The position numbers and the translations under genes are program-made. Under the pieces are notes generated by a model, which ran no database searches, was not told where the DNA came from, and saw nothing but the letters and a program-made list of their open reading frames with translations. DNA of 64,000 nt from Eledone cirrhosa (Eukaryota), in assembly GCA_964016885.1 (NCBI GenBank), contig OZ024740.1, positions 422,282,001 through 422,346,000 of the forward strand, written 5' to 3'. This document shows, piece by piece, positions 26,501-40,800 of the stretch. Numbering within the stretch: position 1 is the first letter of the stretch; each line of letters opens with the position of its first letter.

Positions 26501-29500
26501 CTTGGACTCCTCTGAGTCTCTAACATATATTGTCTACCATTCTCTCCAATGTAGACTTTAGCAGACTGTTTTGGACTCCTCTGAGTCTCTAACAAATATT
26601 GACCACAATTCTCTCCACTGTGGACATTAGCAGACTGTCTTGGATTCCTCTGAGACTCTAAAAAATATTGCCCACCATTCTGTCCACTGTGGACTTTAGC
26701 AGACTGTCTTGGATTCCTCTGAGTCTCTAACAAATATTGTCCACCATACTCTCCACTGTGGATTTTAGCAGACTGTCTTGGACTCTTCTGAGTCTCTAAC
26801 AAATATTGTCTACCATTCTCTCCACTGTGGACTTTAGCAGACTGTCTTGGACTTCTCTGAGTCTCTAACAAATATTGTCCACCATTCTCTCCACTGTGGA
26901 CTTTAGTAGACTGTCTTGGACTTCTCTGAGTCTCTAACAAATATTGTCTACCATTCTCTCCACTGTGGACTTTAGCAGACTGTCTTGGACTCCTCTGAGT
27001 CTCTAACATATATTGTCCACCATTCTCTCAACTGTGGACTTTAGCAGACTGTCTTGGATTCCTCTGAGTCTCTAACAAATATTGTCTAACATTCTCTCCA
27101 GTGTAGATTTTAGCAGACTGTCTTGGACTCCTCTGAGTCTCTAACATATATTGTCTACCATTCTCTCCAATGTAGACTTTAGCAGACTGTTTTGGACTCC
27201 TCTGAGTCTCTAACAAATATTGACCACAATTCTCTCCACTGTGGACATTAGCAGACTGTCTTGGATTCCTCTGAGACTCTAAAAAATATTGCCCACCATT
27301 CTGTCCACTGTGGACTTTAGCAGACTGTCTTGGATTCCTCTGAGTCTCTAACAAATATTGTCCACCATACTCTCCACTGTGGATTTTAGCAGACTGTCTT
27401 GGACTCTTCTGAGTCTCTAACAAATATTGTCTACCATTCTCTCCACTGTGGACTTTAGCAGACTGTCTTGGACTTCTCTGAGTCTCTAACAAATATTGTC
27501 CACCATTCTCTCCACTGTGGACTTTAGTAGACTGTCTTGGACTTCTCTGAGTCTCTAACAAATATTGTCTACCATTCTCTCCACTGTGGACTTTAGCAGA
27601 CTGTCTTGGACTCCTCTGAGTCTCTAACATATATTGTCCACCATTCTCTCAACTGTGGACTTTAGCAGACTGTCTTGGATTCCTCTGAGTCTCTAACAAA
27701 TATTGTCCACCATTCTCTCCACTGTGGACTTTAGCAGACTGTCTTGGACTTCTCTGAGTCTCTAACAAATATTGTCCACCATTCTCTCCACTGTGGACTT
27801 TAGCAGACTGTCTTGGACTCTTCTGAGTCTCTAACAAATATTGTCTACCATTCTCTCCACTGTGGACTTTAGCAGACTGTCTTGGATTCCTCTGAGTCTC
27901 TAACAAATATTGTCCACCATTCTCTCCACTGTGGACTTTAGCAGACTGTCTTGGACTTCTCTGAGTCTCTAACAAATATTGTCCACCATTCTCTCCACTG
28001 TGGACTTTAGCAGACTGTCTTGGACTCTTCTGAGTCTCTAACAAATATTGTCTACCAATCTCTCCACTGTGGACTTTAGCAGACTATCTTGGACTTCTCT
28101 GAGTCTCTAACAAATATTGTCCACCATTCTCTCCACTGTGGACTTTAGTAGACTGTCTTGGACTTCTCTGAGTCTCTAACAAATATTGTCTACCATTCTC
28201 TCCACTGTGGACTTTAGCAGACTGTCTTGGATTCCTCTGAGTCTCTAACAAATATTGTCTACCATTCTCTCCACTGTGGACTTTAGCAGACTGTCTTGGA
28301 CTTCTCTGAGTCTCTAACAAATATTGTCCACCATTCTCTCCACTGTGGACTTTAGTAGACTGTCTTGGACTTCTCTGAGTCTCTAACAAATATTGTCTAC
28401 CATTCTCTCCACTGTGGACTTTAGCAGACTGTCTTGGACTCCTCTGAGTCTCTAACATATATTGTCCACCATTCTCTCCACTGTGGACTTTAGCAGACTG
28501 TCTTGGACTTCTCTGAGTCTCTAACAAATATTGTCTACCATTCTCTCCACTGTGGACTTTAGCAGACTGTCTTGGACTCCTCTGAGTCTCTAACAAATAT
28601 TGTCCACCATTCTCTCCACTGTGGACTTTAGCAGACTGTCTTGGACTTCTCTGAGTCTCTAACATATATTGTCCACCATTCTCTCCACTGTGGACTTTAG
28701 CAGACTGTCTTGGACTTCTCTGAGTCTCTAACAAATATTGTCTACCATTCTCTCCACTGTGGACTTTAGCAGACTGTCTTGGATTCCTCTGAGTCTCTAA
28801 CAAATATTGTCCACCATTCTCTCCACTGTAGATTTTAGCAGACTGTCTTGGACTCCTCTGAGTCTCTAACAAATATTGTCCACCATTCTCTCCACTGTGG
28901 ACTTTAGCAGACTGTCTTGGATTCCTCTGAGTCTCTAACAAATATTGTCCACCATTCTGTTCACTGTGGACTTTAGCAGACTGTCTTGGATTCCTCTGAG
29001 TCTCTAACAAATATTGTCCACCATTCTCTCCACTTTGGACTCTAGCAGACTGTCTTGGACTTCTCTGAGTCTCTAACAAATATTGTCCACCATTCTCTCC
29101 ACTGTAGACTTTAGCAGACTGTCTTGGATTCCTCTGAGTCTCTAACAAATATTGTCTATCATTCTCTCCACTGTAGACTTTAGCAGACTGTATTGGACTC
29201 CTCTGAGTCTCTAACAAATATTGTCTACCATTCTCTCCACTGTGGACTTTAGCAGACTGTCTTGGACTCCTCTGAGTCTCTAACAAATATTGTCCACCAT
29301 TCTCTCCAATGTGGACTTTAGCAGACTGTCTTGGACTTCTCTGAGTCTCTAACATATATTGTCCACCATTCTCTCCACTGTGGACTTTAGCAGACTGTCT
29401 TGGATTCCTCTGAGTCTCTAACAAATATTGTCTACCATTCTCTCCGCTGTAGATTTTAGCAGACTGTCTTGGATTCCTCTGAGTCTCTAACAAATATTGT

Positions 29501-30950
29501 CCACCATTCTGTCCACTGTGGACTTTAGCAGACTGTCTTGGATTCCTCTGAGTCTCTAACAAATATTGTCCACCATTCTCTCCACTGTGGACTTTAGCAG
29601 ACTGTCTTGGACTTCTCTGAGTCTCTAACAAATATTGTCCACCATTCTCTCCACTGTGGACTTTAGCAGACTGTCTTGAACTTCTCTGAGTCTCTAACAA
29701 ATATTGTCCACATTCTCTCCACTGTGGACTTTAGCAGACTGTCTTGGACTCCTCTGAGTCTCTAACAAATATTGTCTACCATTCTCTCCACTGTGGACTT
29801 TAGCAGACTGTCTTGGATTCCTCTGAGTCTCTAACAAATAATGTCCACCATTCTCTCCACTGTGGAGTTTAGCAGACTGTCTTGGACTCCTCTGAGTCTC
29901 TAACATATATTGTCCACCATTCTCTCAACTGTGGACTTTAGCAGACTGTCTTGGATTCCTCTGAGTCTCTAACAAATATTGTCTACCATTCTCTCCACTG
30001 TAGACTTTAGCAGATTGTCTTGGACTTCTCTGAGTCTCTAACAAATATTGTCCACCATTCTCTGCACTGTGGATTTTAGCAGACTGTCTTGGACTTCTCT
30101 GAGTCTCTAACAAATATTGTCCACCATTCTCTCCACTGTAGACTTTAGTAGACTGTCTTGGATTTCTCTGAGTCTCTAACATATATTGTCTACCATTCTC
30201 TCCAATGTAGACTTTAGCAGACTGTTTTGGACTCCTCTGAGTCTCTAACAAATATTGTCTACCATTCTCTCCAGTGTAGATTTTAGCAGACTGTCTTGGA
30301 CTCCTCTGAGTCTCTAACATATATTGTCTACCATTCTCTCCAATGTAGACTTTAGCAGACTGTTTTGGACTCCTCTGAGTCTCTAACAAATATTGACCAC
30401 AATTCTCTCCACTGTGGACATTAGCAGACTGTCTTGGATTCCTCTGAGACTCTAAAAAATATTGCCCACCATTCTGTCCACTGTGGACTTTAGCAGACTG
30501 TCTTGGATTCCTCTGAGTCTCTAACAAATATTGTCCACCATACTCTCCACTGTGGATTTTAGCAGACTGTCTTGGACTCTTCTGAGTCTCTAACAAATAT
30601 TGTCTACCATTCTCTCCACTGTGGACTTTAGCAGACTGTCTTGGACTTCTCTGAGTCTCTAACAAATATTGTCCACCATTCTCTCCACTGTGGACTTTAG
30701 TAGACTGTCTTGGACTTCTCTGAGTCTCTAACAAATATTGTCTACCATTCTCTCCACTGTGGACTTTAGCAGACTGTCTTGGACTCCTCTGAGTCTCTAA
30801 CATATATTGTCCACCATTCTCTCAACTGTGGACTTTAGCAGACTGTCTTGGATTCCTCTGAGTCTCTAACAAATATTGTCCACCATTCTCTCCACTGTGG
30901 ACTTTAGCAGACTGTCTTGGACTTCTCTGAGTCTCTAACAAATATTGTCC
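23270..30950. repeat. Higher-order repeat, 3794-bp unit (55 monomers minus 1 bp), 2 copies; boundaries approximate
   Basis: Identical ORFs at 23855/27649, 24290/28084, 25900/29694 and 26131/29925. Shared markers are CCAATCTC (about 24264/28058) and GGATTTCTC (about 26370/30164). Confidence 0.93.
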
Positions 30951-33900
30951 ACCATTCTCTCCACTGTGGACTTTAGCAGACTGTCTTGGACTCTTCTGAG
31001 ACTCTAACAAATATTGTCTACCATTCTCTCCACTGTGGACTTTAGCAGACTATCTTGGACTTCTCTGAGTCTCTAACAAATATTGTCCACCATTCTCTCC
31101 ACTGTGGACTTTAGTAGACTGTCTTGGACTTCTCTGAGTCTCTAACAAATATTGTCTACCATTCTCTCCACTGTGGACTTTAGCAGACTGTCTTGGATTC
31201 CTCTGAGTCTCTAACAAATATTGTCTACCATTCTCTCCACTGTGGACTTTAGCAGACTGTCTTGGACTTCTCTGAGTCTCTAACAAATATTGTCCACCAT
31301 TCTCTCCACTGTGGACTTTAGTAGACTGTCTTGGACTTCTCTGAGTCTCTAACAAATATTGTCTACCATTCTCTCCACTGTGGACTTTAGCAGACTGTCT
31401 TGGACTCCTCTGAGTCTCTAACATATATTGTCCACCATTCTCTCCACTGTGGACTTTAGCAGACTGTCTTGGACTTCTCTGAGTCTCTAACAAATATTGT
31501 CTACCATTCTCTCCACTGTGGACTTTAGCAGACTGTCTTGGACTTCTCTGAGTCTCTAACATATATTGTCCACCATTCTCTCCACTGTGGACTTTAGCAG
31601 ACTGTCTTGGACTTCTCTGAGTCTCTAACAAATATTGTCTACCATTCTCTCCACTGTGGACTTTAGCAGACTGTCTTGGATTCCTCTGAGTCTCTAACAA
31701 ATATTGTCCACCATTCTCTCCACTGTAGATTTTAGCAGACTGTCTTGGACTCCTCTGAGTCTCTAACAAATATTGTCCACCATTCTTTCCACTGTGGACT
31801 TTAGCAGACTGTCTTGGATTCCTCTGAGTCTCTAACAAATATTGTCCACCATTCTGTTCACTGTGGACTTTAGCAGACTGTCTTGGATTCCTCTGAGTCT
31901 CTAACAAATATTGTCCACCATTCTCTCCACTTTGGACTCTAGCAGACTGTCTTGGACTTCTCTGAGTCTCTAACAAATATTGTCCACCATTCTCTCCACT
32001 GTAGACTTTAGCAGACTGTCTTGGATTCCTCTGAGTCTCTAACAAATATTGTCTATCATTCTCTCCACTGTAGACTTTAGCAGACTGTATTGGACTCCTC
32101 TGAGTCTCTAACAAATATTGTCCACCATTCTCTCCACTGTGGACTTTAGCAGACTGTCTTGGATTCCTCTGAGTCTCTAACAAATATTGTCCACCATTCT
32201 CTCCACTGTGGACTTTAGCAGACTGTCTTGGACTCCTCTGAGTCTCTAACATATATTGTCCACCATTCTCTCCACTGTGGACTTTAGCAGACTGTCTTGG
32301 ACTACTCTGAGTCTGTAACAAATATTGTCCACCATTCTCTCCACTGTGGACTTTAGCAGACTATCTTGGACTCCTCTGAGTCTCTAACAAATATTGTCCA
32401 CCATTCTCTCCACTGTGGACTTTAGCAGACTGTCTTGGATTCCTCTGAGTCTCTTATAAATATTGTCTACCATTCTCTCCGCTGTAGATTTTAGCAGACT
32501 GTCTTGGATTCCTCTGAGTCTCTAACAAATATTGTCCACCATTCTCTCCACTGTGGACTTTAGCAGACTGTCTTGGACTTCTCTGAGTCTCTAACAAATA
32601 TTGTCCACCATTCTCTCCACTGTGGACTTTAGCAGACTGTCTTGGATTCCTCTGAGTCTCTAACAAATAATGTCCACCATTCTCTCCACTGTGGAGTTTA
32701 GCAGACTGTCCTGGACTCCTCTGAGTCTCTAACATATATTGTCCACCATTCTCTCAACTGTGGAATTTAGCAGACTGTCTTGGATTCCTCTGAGTCTCTA
32801 ACAAATATTGTCTACCATTCTCTCCACTGTAGACTTTAGCAGATTGTCTTGGACTTCTCTGAGTCTCTAACAAATATTGTCCACCATTCTCTCCACTGTG
32901 GACTTTAGCAGACTGTCTTGGACTCTTCTGAGACTCTAACAAATATTGTCTACCATTCTCTCCACTGTGGACTTTAGCAGACTATCTTGGACTTCTCTGA
33001 GTCTCTAACAAATATTGTCCACCATTCTCTCCACTGTGGACTTTAGTAGACTGTCTTGGACTTCTCTGAGTCTCTAACAAATATTGTCTACCATTCTCTC
33101 CACTGTGGACTTTAGCAGACTGTCTTGGATTCCTCTGAGTCTCTAACAAATATTGTCTACCATTCTCTCCACTGTGGACTTTAGCAGACTGTCTTGGACT
33201 TCTCTGAGTCTCTAACAAATATTGTCCACCATTCTCTCCACTGTGGACTTTAGTAGACTGTCTTGGACTTCTCTGAGTCTCTAACAAATATTGTCTACCA
33301 TTCTCTCCACTGTGGACTTTAGCAGACTGTCTTGGACTCCTCTGAGTCTCTAACATATATTGTCCACCATTCTCTCCACTGTGGACTTTAGCAGACTGTC
33401 TTGGACTTCTCTGAGTCTCTAACAAATATTGTCTACCATTCTCTCCACTGTGGACTTTAGCAGACTGTCTTGGACTCCTGTGAGTCTCTAACAAATATTG
33501 TCCACCATTCTCTCCACTGTGGACTTTAGCAGACTGTCTTGGACTTCTCTGAGTCTCTAACATATATTGTCCACCATTCTCTCCACTGTGGACTTTAGCA
33601 GACTGTCTTGGACTTCTCTGAGTCTCTAACAAATATTGTCTACCATTCTCTCCACTGTGGACTTTAGCAGACTGTCTTGGATTCCTCTGAGTCTCTAACA
33701 AATATTGTCCACCATTCTCTCCACTGTAGATTTTAGCAGACTGTCTTGGACTCCTCTGAGTCTCTAACAAATATTGTCCACCATTCTTTCCACTGTGGAC
33801 TTTAGCAGACTGTCTTGGATTCCTCTGAGTCTCTAACAAATATTGTCCACCATTCTGTTCACTGTGGACTTTAGCAGACTGTCTTGGATTCCTCTGAGTC

Positions 33901-34880
33901 TCTAACAAATATTGTCCACCATTCTCTCCACTTTGGACTCTAGCAGACTGTCTTGGACTTCTCTGAGTCTCTAACAAATATTGTCCACCATTCTCTCCAC
34001 TGTAGACTTTAGCAGACTGTCTTGGATTCCTCTGAGTCTCTAACAAATATTGTCTATCATTCTCTCCACTGTAGACTTTAGCAGACTGTATTGGACTCCT
34101 CTGAGTCTCTAACAAATATTGTCCACCATTCTCTCCACTGTGGACTTTAGCAGACTGTCTTGGATTCCTCTGAGTCTCTAACAAATATTGTCCACCATTC
34201 TCTCCACTGTGGACTTTAGCAGACTGTCTTGGACTCCTCTGAGTCTCTAACATATATTGTCCACCATTCTCTCCACTGTGGACTTTAGCAGACTGTCTTG
34301 GACTCCTCTGAGTCTGTAACAAATATTGTCCACCATTCTCTCCACTGTGGACTTTAGCAGACTATCTTGGACTCCTCTGAGTCTCTAACAAATATTGTCC
34401 ACCATTCTCTCCACTGTGGACTTTAGCAGACTGTCTTGGATTCCTCTGAGTCTCTTATAAATATTGTCTACCATTCTCTCCGCTGTAGATTTTAGCAGAC
34501 TGTCTTGGATTCCTCTGAGTCTCTAACAAATATTGTCCACCATTCTCTCCACTGTGGACTTTAGCAGACTGTCTTGGACTTCTCTGAGTCTCTAACAAAT
34601 ATTGTCCACCATTCTCTCCACTGTGGACTTTAGCAGACTGTCTTGGATTCCTCTGAGTCTCTAACAAATAATGTCCACCATTCTCTCCACTGTGGAGTTT
34701 AGCAGACTGTCTTGGACTCCTCTGAGTCTCTAACATATATTGTCCACCATTCTCTCAACTGTGGAATTTAGCAGACTGTCTTGGATTCCTCTGAGTCTCT
34801 AACAAATATTGTCTACCATTCTCTCCACTGTAGACTTTAGCAGATTGTCTTGGACTTCTCTGAGTCTCTAACAAATATTG
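30930..34880. repeat. Higher-order repeat, 1932/2001-bp unit (28-29 monomers, no deletion monomer), 2 copies; boundaries approximate
   Basis: ORF offsets are 31050/32982 (1932), 32454/34455 (2001) and 32754/34755 (2001). Shared markers are CTTCTGAGAC, ATTCTTTCC and CTCTTATAAA. Confidence 0.88.
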
Positions 34881-37800
34881 TCCACCATTCTCTCCACTGT
34901 AGACTTTAGTAGACTGTCTTGGATTCCTCTGAGTCTCTAACATATATTGTCTACCATTCTCTCCAATGTAGACTTTAGCAGACTGTCTTGGATTCCTCTG
35001 AGTCTCTAACAAATATTGTCCACCATTCTTTCCACTGTGGACTTTAGCAGACTGTCTTGGATTCCTCTGAGTCTCTAACAAATATTGTCCACCATTCTGT
35101 TCACTGTGGAATTTAGCAGACTGTCTTGGACTCCTCTGAGTCTCTAACAAATATCGTCTACCATTCTCTCCACTGTAGATTTTAGCAGACTGTCTTGGAC
35201 TCCTCTGAGTCTCTAACAAATATTGTCTACCATTCTCTCCACTGTGGACTTTAGCAGACTGTCTTGGACTCCTCTGAGTCTCTAACATATATTGTCCACC
35301 ATTCTCTCCACTGTGGACTTTAGCAGACTGTCTTGGACTTCTCTGAGTCTCTAACAAATATTGTCTACCATTCTCAGCACTGTGGACTTTAGCAGACTGT
35401 CTTGGACTCCTCTGAGTCTCTAACAAATATTGTCCACCATTCTCTCCACTGTGGACTTTAGCAGACTGTCTTGGACTTCTCTGAGTCTCTAACATATATT
35501 GTCCACCATTCTCTCCACTGTGGACTTTAGCAGACTGTCTTGGACTTCTCTGAGTCTCTAACAAATATTGTCTACCATTCTCTCCACTGTGGACTTTAGC
35601 AGACTGTCTTGGATTCCTCTCTGTCTCTAACAAATATTGTCCACCATTCTCTCCACTGTAGATTTTAGCAGACTGTCTTGGACTCCTCTGAGTCTCTAAC
35701 AAATATTGTCCACCATTCTCTCCACTGTGGACTTTAGCAGACTGTCTTGGATTCCTCTGAGTCTCTAACAAATATTGTCCACCATTCTGTTCACTGTGGA
35801 CTTTAGCAGACTGTCTTGGATTCCTCTGAGTCTCTAACAAATATTGTCCACCATTCTCTCCACTTTGGACTCTAGCAGACTGTCTTGGACTTCTCTGAGT
35901 CTCTAACAAATATTGTCCACCATTCTCTCCACTGTAGACTTTAGCAGACTGTCTTGGATTCCTCTGAGTCTCTAACAAATATTGTCTATCATTCTCTCCA
36001 CTGTAGACTTTAGCAGACTGTATTGGACTCCTCTGAGTCTCTAACAAATATTGTCCACCATTCTCTCCACTGTGGACTTTAGCAGACTGTCTTGGATTCC
36101 TCTGAGTCTCTAACAAATATTGTCCACCATTCTCTCCACTGTGGATTTTAGCAGACTGTCTTGGACTCCTCTGAGTCTCTAACATATATTGTCCACCATT
36201 CTCTCCACTGTGGACTTTAGCAGACTGTCTTGGACTCCTCTGAGTCTGTAACAAATATTGTCCACCATTCTCTCCACTGTGGACTTTAGCAGACTATCTT
36301 GGACTCCTCTGAGTCTCTAACACATATTGTCCACCATTCTCTCCACTGTGGACTTTAGCAGACTGTCTTGGATTCCTCTGAGTCTCTTATAAATATTGTC
36401 TACCATTCTCTCCGCTGTAGATTTTAGCAGACTGTCTTGGATTCCTCTGAGTCTCTAACAAATATTGTCCACCATTCTCTCCACTGTGGACTTTAGCAGA
36501 CTGTCTTGGACTTCTCTGAGTCTCTAACAAATATTGTCCACCATTCTCTCCACTGTGGACTTTAGCAGACTGTCTTGAACTTCTCTGAGTCTCTAACAAA
36601 TATTGTCCACATTCTCTCCACTGTGGACTTTAGCAGACTGTCTTGGACTCCTCTGAGTCTCTAACATATATTGTCCACCATTCTCTCCACTGTAGACTTT
36701 AGCAGACTGTATTGGACTCCTCTGAGTCTCTAACAAATATTGTCCACCATTCTCTCCACTGTGGACTTTAGCAGACTGTCTTGGATTCCTCTGAATCTCT
36801 AACAAATATTGTCCACCATTCTCTCCACTGTGGACTTTAGCAGACTGTCTTGGACTCCTCTGAGTCTCTAACATATATTGTCCACCATTCTCTCCACTGT
36901 GGACTTTAGCAGACTGTCTTGGACTCCTCTGAGTCTGTAACAAATATTGTCCACCATTCTCTCCACTGTGGATATTAGCAGACTGTCTTGGATTCCTCTG
37001 AGACTCTAAAAAATATTGCCCACCATTCTGTCCACTGTGGACTTTAGCAGACTGTCTTGGATTCCTCTGAGTCTCTAACAAATATTGTCCACCATACTCT
37101 CCACTGTGGACTTTAGCAGACTGTCTTGGACTCTTCTGAGTCTCTAACAAATATTGTCTACCATTCTCTCCACTGTGGACTTTAGCAGACTGTCTTGGAC
37201 TCCTCTGAGTCTCTAACAAATATTGTCCACCATTCTCTCCACTGTGGACTTTAGTAGACTGTCTTGGATTCCTCTGAGTCTCTAACAAATATTGTCCACC
37301 ATTCTCTCCACTGTGGACTTTAGCAGACTGTCTTGGATTCCTCTGAGTCTCTAACATATATTGTCCACCATTCTCTCCACTGTGGACTTTAGCAGACTGT
37401 CTTGGACTCCTCTGAGTCTCTAACAAATATTGTCCACCATTCTCTCCACTGTGGACTTTAGCAGACTATCTTGGACTCCTCTGAGTCTCTAACAAATATT
37501 GTCCACCATTCTCTCCACTGTGGACTTTAGCAGACTGTCTTGGACTCCTCTGAGTCCCTAACAAATATTGTCCACCATTCTCTCCACTGTGGACTTTAGC
37601 AGACTGTCTTGGATTCCTCTGAGTCTCTAACAAATATTGTCTACCATTCTCTCCGCTGTAGATTTTAGCAGACTGTCTTGGATTCCTCTGAGTCTCTTAT
37701 AAATATTGTCTACCATTCTCTCCGCTGTAGATTTTAGCAGACTGTCTTGGATTCCTCTGAGTCTCTAACAAATATTGTCCACCATTCTCTCCACTGTGGA

Positions 37801-40800
37801 CTTTAGCAGACTGTCTTGGACTTCTCTGAGTCTCTAACAAATATTGTCCACCATTCTCTCCACTGTGGACTTTAGCAGACTGTCTTGAACTTCTCTGAGT
37901 CTCTAACAAATATTGTCCACATTCTCTCCACTGTGGACTTTAGCAGACTGTCTTGGATTCCTCTGAGTCTCTAACAAATAATGTCCACCATTCTCTCCAC
38001 TGTGGAGTTTAGCAGACTGTCTTGGACTCCTCTGAGTCTCTAACATATATTGTCCACCATTCTCTCAACTCTGGAATTTAGCAGACTGTCTTGGATTCCT
38101 CTGAGTCTCTAACAAATATTGTCTACCATTCTCTGCACTGTGGATTTTAGCAGACTGTCTTGGACTTCTCTGAGTCTCTAACAAATATTGTCCACCATTC
38201 TCTCCAATGTAGACTTTAGCAGACTGTTTTGGACTCCTCTGAGTCTCTAACAAATATTGTCTACCATTCTCTCCACTGTAGATTTTAGCAGACTGTCTTG
38301 GACTCCTCTGAGTCTCTAACAAATATTGTCTACCATTCTCTCCAATGTAGACTTTAGCAGACTGTTTTGGACTCCTCTGAGTCTCTAACAAATATTGTCC
38401 ACCATTCTCTCCACTGTGGATATTAGCAGACTGTCTTGGATTCCTCTGAGACTCTAAAAAATATTGCCCACCATTCTGTCCACTGTGGACTTTAGAAGAC
38501 TGTCTTGGATTCCTCTGAGTCTCTAACAAATATTGTCCACCATACTCTCCACTGTGGACTTTAGCAGACTGTCTTGGACTCTTCTGAGTCTCTAACAAAT
38601 ATTGTCTACCATTCTCTCCACTGTGGACTTTAGCAGACTGTCTTGGACTCCTCTGAGTCTCTAATAAATATTGTCCACCATTCTCTCCACTGTGGACTTT
38701 AGTAGACTGTCTTGGATTCCTCTGAGTCTCTAACAAATATTGTCCACCATTCTCTCCACTGTGGACTTTAGCAGACTGTCTTGGATTCCTCTGAGTCTCT
38801 AACATATATTGTCCACCATTCTCTCCACTGTGGACTTTAGCAGACAGTCTTGGACTCCTCTGAGTCTCTAACAAATATTGTCCACCATTCTCTCCACTGT
38901 GGACTTTAGCAGACTATCTTGGACTCCTCTGAGTCTCTAACAAATATTGTCCACCATTCTCTCCACTGTGGACTTTAGCAGACTGTCTTGGACTTCTCTG
39001 AGTCTCTAACAAATATTGTCCACCATTCTCTCCACTGTGGACTTTAGCAGACTGTCTTGGACTCTTCTGAGTCTCTAACAAATATTGTCTACCATTCTCT
39101 CCACTGTGGACTTTAGCAGACTATCTTGGACTTCTCTGAGTCTCTAACAAATATTGTCCACCATTCTCTCCACTGTGGACTTTAGTAGACTGTCTTGGAC
39201 TTCTCTGAGTCTCTAACAAATATTGTCTACCATTCTCTCCACTGTGGACTTTAGCAGACTGTCTTGGATTCCTCTGAGTCTCTAACAAATATTGTCTACC
39301 ATTCTCTCCACTGTGGACTTTAGCAGACTGTCTTGGACTTCTCTGAGTCTCTAACAAATATTGTCCACCATTCTCTCCACTGTGGACTTTAGTAGACTGT
39401 CTTGGACTTCTCTGAGTCTCTAACAAATATTGTCTACCATTTTCTCCACTGTGGACTTTAGCAGACTGTCTTGGACTCCTCTGAGTCTCTAACATATATT
39501 GTCCACCATTCTCTCCACTGTGGACTTTAGCAGACTGTCTTGGACTTCTCTGAGTCTCTAACAAATATTGTCTACCATTCTCTCCACTGTGGACTTTAGC
39601 AGACTGTCTTGGACTCCTCTGAGTCTCTAACAAATATTGTCCACCATTCTCTCCACTGTGGACTTTAGCAGACTGTCTTGGACTTCTCTGAGACTCTAAC
39701 ATATATTGTCCACCATTCTCTCCACTGTGGACTTTAGCAGACTGTCTTGGACTTCTCTGAGTCTCTAACAAATATTGTCTACCATTCTCTCCACTGTGGA
39801 CTTTAGCAGACTGTCTTGGATTCCTCTGAGTCTCTAACAAATATTGTCTACCATTCTCTCCACTGTAGATTTTAGCAGACTGTCTTGGACTCCTCTGAGT
39901 CTCTAACAAATATTGTCTACCATTCTCTCCACTGTGGACTTTAGCAGACTGTCTTGGACTCCTCTGAGTCTCTAACAAATATTGTCCACCATTCTCTCCA
40001 CTGTGGACTTTAGCAGACTGTCTTGGATTCCTCTGAGTCTCTAACAAATAATGTCCACCATTCTCTCCACTGTGGAGTTTAGCAGACTGTCTTGGACTCC
40101 TCTGAGTCTCTAACATATATTGTCCACCATTCTCTCAACTGTGGAATTTAGCAGACTGTCTTGGATTCCTCTGAGTCTCTAACAAATATTGTCTACCATT
40201 CTCTCCACTGTAGACTTTAGCAGATTGTCTTGGACTTCTCTGAGTCTCTAACAAATATTGTCCACCATTCTCTCCACTGTAGACTTTAGTAGACTGTCTT
40301 GGATTCCTCTGAGTCTCTAACATATATTGTCTACCATTCTCTCCAATGTAGACTTTAGCAGACTGTCTTGGATTCCTCTGAGTCTCTAACAAATATTGTC
40401 CACCATTCTTTCCACTGTGGACTTTAGCAGACTGTCTTGGATTCCTCTGAGTCTCTAACAAATATTGTCCACCATTCTGTTCACTGTGGAATTTAGCAGA
40501 CTGTCTTGGACTCCTCTGAGTCTCTAACAAATATCGTCTACCATTCTCTCCACTGTAGATTTTAGCAGACTGTCTTGGACTCCTCTGAGTCTCTAACAAA
40601 TATTGTCTACCATTCTCTCCACTGTGGACTTTAGCAGACTGTCTTGGACTCCTCTGAGTCTCTAACATATATTGTCCACCATTCTCTCCACTGTGGACTT
40701 TAGCAGACTGTCTTGGACTTCTCTGAGTCTCTAACAAATATTGTCTACCATTCTCAGCACTGTGGACTTTAGCAGACTGTCTTGGACTCCTCTGAGTCTC

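Noticed and set aside
32450-32465. TATAAA as a TATA-box promoter
   Set aside because: It is a two-substitution monomer variant in AT-rich context copied by duplication, with no downstream gene or other support.
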